Assembly: GCF_009914755.1 (NCBI RefSeq) | Contig: NC_060927.1 | DNA length: 64,000 bases | Source: the human T2T-CHM13v2.0 reference genome, Homo sapiens | Reading direction: 5' to 3' (one strand) | Shown: positions 60,204-64,000 of the stretch, piece after piece | How positions within the stretch are numbered: position 1 is the stretch's first letter | How the letters are laid out: every line of letters begins with the position of its first letter | Program-made: the position numbers and the translations under genes | Notes under the pieces: model-generated | Databases searched by the model: none | What the model saw: only the letters and a program-made list of their open reading frames with translations | Told to the model about the DNA's origin: nothing

Positions 60204-62319
60204 TTTCAATAGATTCTGTTAAAATACATGAATTACAACAGCTTACATTTAAATGTATGTCAGTGGGTAAAGTTGATGTCTTTAACAGGTAAAATTCTGT
60301 GAGAAGCTTAACCAAAATGTTGTGCTTGATAGTATATATGAAAATTCTTTGTAAATTATGAAGTGCCAAACAAATATGATGTACTTTATTATCACAACAA
60401 ATGCTTCCTGAGAGCTTCCATGCTAGTAGCTCTGAACCCTTAAGAGATTGCAACTTAATGATTTACAATGTAATATAAGATCATTTGCTTCCAGTAAATG
60501 TATCTTATGAATATAAACCGTTAATTGTGGTCACCTTGTAGGCCAGAAAACCCAGTACAGTGTTATAGGTTGCAGGGTAGCCACGGGTTAATGAACAGCA
60601 GTGATTATGACACAAGTTAAAAGGCATGTTGCCTGCTCCAATTTTTAAGGGCTCCTATACAAAGAAGCTAGAGAGCAGATAACCAAAGGTCACTTCTGAA
60701 TTTCAAGTAGAGCTGGGGCTCCCAAGCATGAGTCCTGGGTTATAGTAAGACGATAGTCAAAATACTAAGATGATTCTCATTTAATGAATTTCATGCCATG
60801 ATTGGCAGCCATTGCAAGGGGCAAATGTTGCCCAAAACAGCACGAATAAATGTCCAAAGCATTAAGAAAAATTAAAAACACGAAATGGCAGGAAAGCAAC
60901 TCCTGCACCTGTAGAAACACCTTTCGTTTGGAAATACAAGCTTGATAAGAAGTACTGTTAAATCTGCACTGTTATCAAACCTGTGAGGGCTGAGGTCAGA
61001 GTTATCTGCATTTTACAGACAAACATTCCATTCATTTGTGGACTGGATTGCACATTTTTTCAAAGTGTTTTCAACTGCATTATTTCACATGAGCTCAACG
61101 ATAATGCAGGCAGCATAGGTCTTGTCCCAGTTTTGGAAATGAACGATTTGAGACACAGAGAGGTTAATGGTCTTGTCCAAGATTACATACCCCAAGTAAG
61201 GGTCAGAGTGGGGACAGGAGGCCAGACATTCTGATTCTTCCCAAGGTGCTGCCTGCACTCTCCTGTTGCTGGGCTGTGATTCATATCATAAAGAGATTCC
61301 CTAAGGGGCTCATTTAAAAAAAAAACAAAACCAGCAAGGACTTCTGCTACATTAAAGCTAAGATGTGGTTTATGAACAGATTTGTAGGTAAACCATCATC
61401 ACATCCACTGTAATAATCATTATTCAAATCCCACAGCCCCGCTACTTCTCATTCCTCTTCCTGTCCAGGATAAACCTCTGCCCTGTTTCTAAGAATTCAC
61501 TCATCATCCCCTCAGTCCTGATGTCCAGGCTTTGGCTGAAGCTGCTAACTGAAAATAACAACCTAAGGATTTTCTGGGTGTTTTGTTTTATCCTGGAGTT
61601 TACATGAACCTAATGCTGACAACTGTTCTTCTGGCTTAAACTGGCACTCCATTTGTGGTTTGAGTTCCAAACCCATACATTTAGAGAAACCATTTTACCT
61701 CCCTCTGTAAAGATCTTTGGAGTCCCAAAAGAGGCAAAGACTTTTGACAAGTCTTTTAGACCCGTTTCCCTCCTCCATTTCATTCCCCTGCCACCAAAAA
61801 TCAGACTTCTATTAGTCCAGTTTTGCCCTTTGGAAATGGGCTCATCCCTGCCTTCCTGCATCTGACAAGTGAGTATTCTTAGAGGAGTTTTGGCCTAGTT
61901 TAAGGGTCAACAATGACACTCTATTTGGATAAAACCCAGATGCCTAGGTGTGGCCCTGAGGGCCATTTATTTACCTTCACACCTATTACAGCAACAAGAA
62001 GTTGGACCAGAAGCTGGAGGTATCATCAAAGGCTGACTTTCTGCTCTGAGACTCTCCAAGCATCTCAGTGCTCTGAGTGTCTCATTTCTCAGCTACGATG
62101 TAAGTGTAGTCCTGACGACTGTTTGGTTACCCATATGGAGCAAAAGTTCTAGTTGAGACACCTAGAGTCTGTAGCCAGTTATGCTCTAGCTGTAACCCTC
62201 TGCCTCAACTAGACCCCCAAATGCCATCTCCCTCTTCCCTCCTGCTCTAATTAGAGCTGTTTTTTCCATTACAATTCTCAACTCCTTTGTTAAAGGTGGA
62301 ATAACACACCAATTCAAGG

Positions 62320-62525
62320 GTGCAGTCAGCATTCTAATCCTGATGTGTAGTTTCTGGCAAGTTACTTAACTTCTCTGTGCCTCAGGTTCCTCATGTGTAA
62401 ATGCGGATGAGAAAAATAGTATCTACTCTATAATATTGTTGTAAGGATTCTATGAAATAATAAACATAAAATGCATAAAAGGGTGACTGGCACAGAAGTG
62501 TTGAGTGTTAGCCTTTATGAGTAAT
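62320..62525 (+). mobile_element. MIR
   Basis: ggcaagttacttaacttctctgtgcctcaggttcctcatgtgtaaatg core. Confidence 0.85.
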
Positions 62526-64000
62526 AATCAAAGTTTTTCACTTCTTTCAAGATCCCCAAATGCCTCAACTTCTCCAGAAAGCCTTTCCTAACTAAGTCCA
62601 TCGCTCAACCTCTGCTGCATCTTCTGATCCCAGCAAATGAACCTTGGATCACACAGTCAGTCCTGCTTATACTGTCTTGCTTTATTCATTGGTTATATAA
62701 TCTCGATATAACTTTTTTCCTCACCTAGGTTATAAATTATTCGAGGGAACAGAAAATCATGTTTTCTACCTATTCACACACCCCTAGCCCCACACAACCC
62801 TAATATTTGAATGTAATTTTTCTATTCTTACCTGCCCTGCTGGGATGGGATTGAAGAATTCCCCTAGGGGACCCTTCACCATATTACCAGGTTTAAAAGC
62901 AGCCCTTAACACCATGGGTCCATTTGGAACCTTGGAACCACAGAGTTAGTACAATGTGAGGGAAACCTCTCTCAAGCTTTGATTCTTTATTTACTTCTTT
63001 TTATTTTCTGAGGATGTGCCTATCTTCCCCACTAGATTGTAAAGTCAATTTAGGACAGAGACTAATTATTATCCATCTTTGTGGCATCCTTCCCTCCTCC
63101 ATGCCTCCAGGTGCTTAGTAAATATTTGCAAGTGCAGTGAGATAATAATACAGATGTTAACTATGTGAGTTTGCTCCTGGCAATCTCTCCTGTCATCCAG
63201 GTCTCCCCACATTCATAAAGACATTCATTGCCTAAGAGATAGGTCACTGTAGCAGAAAATCAAGCAGGAATCAAGAGTTCATTCTTAGCTCTCAAGTTTC
63301 AAAGGTTGAAGCCATTTAGGATTCAGAGCATAAAGTTTATGCCATAAACAAAAGATTTAGAAGAATGCATAATTAGAGAGAGTTTTTCTAGTTTCTCCAC
63401 TCTACTCCTAAACTACATGAAGATTCCATAGGCTGGGAAGGTGTGGAATAAGGGAAGGAAGAGAGAGTTGCCAGGTATCGAGGGGGAGGGGGGGCGCTGA
63501 TATGTGAGAGCCAAGAATGGTTGGATGACAGATAATAGAAACACCACGTTTGGCAATTGTAAGAGCAGAAGCACCCGTGATTCACCTCCTGGGTAGAGAT
63601 ACACCAAGTTCCCCTGCACCTAGCGTAGACTGGGAGAAAAGGCTGTAGGTGTATGTGGCCAGAGAAGCCTGACCCAGACTAAGAGGCCTTGGAGTATAAA
63701 GTAGCTGAGGGAGAATCTGACTTAGGAGGCATAGCTGTGAAGAAACAACAGCCCTCTGCATGAATCAGGAGATAAGGAGGGGGACTATCTCCACAAATAC
63801 TGGTGTAGACAGATTCTCCCCCAACACCTTGAGGTTTGGATGCACATTTGGGGTTTACATGCAATCCTGGAGAGTGGCGGGAGAGCCCTCCTTCGTAAAG
63901 GAGGACTCAAAATATAAATTTAGTAGAAAACTACAGTAACATTTCTTGAATGCCTGAGTATGGAAGCTGAAATTCTTACCAGATACACAAATAAGAAATA

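Overview
Eukaryotic, AT-rich primate genomic DNA (human or a close ape, given the many AluY copies). The only protein-coding gene I can support is GUCA1C (GCAP3, guanylyl cyclase-activating protein 3, an EF-hand neuronal calcium sensor) on the minus strand. Its exon 2 (40697-40846), exon 3 (36388-36475) and terminal coding exon 4 (28262-28449) are joined by GT-AG introns in a continuous frame. Exon 1 is not in the window and should lie beyond position 64000. Positions 1-28000 are intergenic. Most of the rest is interspersed repeat: about 28 Alu/FLAM/FRAM copies, an old L1M at 1-4020, a nested L1MC/L1PB/L1PA/Alu stack at 41055-49852, L1PA 3' ends at 53820-55610, L2, MIR, MaLR/ERVL LTRs, MER5A, MER20 and a Tigger/pogo transposase fossil. 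Most ORF-track entries I could place are Alu/L1 or chance frames. I found no convincing new biological system. The best leads are an L1-into-L1 chimera with a ~180-bp duplication, a TSD-bounded putative L1 3' transduction, an unexplained CpG-retaining palindrome-rich island near 14.8 kb, several chained or alternative hairpin clusters, an apparent AluY excess and a closely spaced inverted Alu pair. Repeat subfamily names are by-eye calls from remembered consensus features, and repeat boundaries are approximate.
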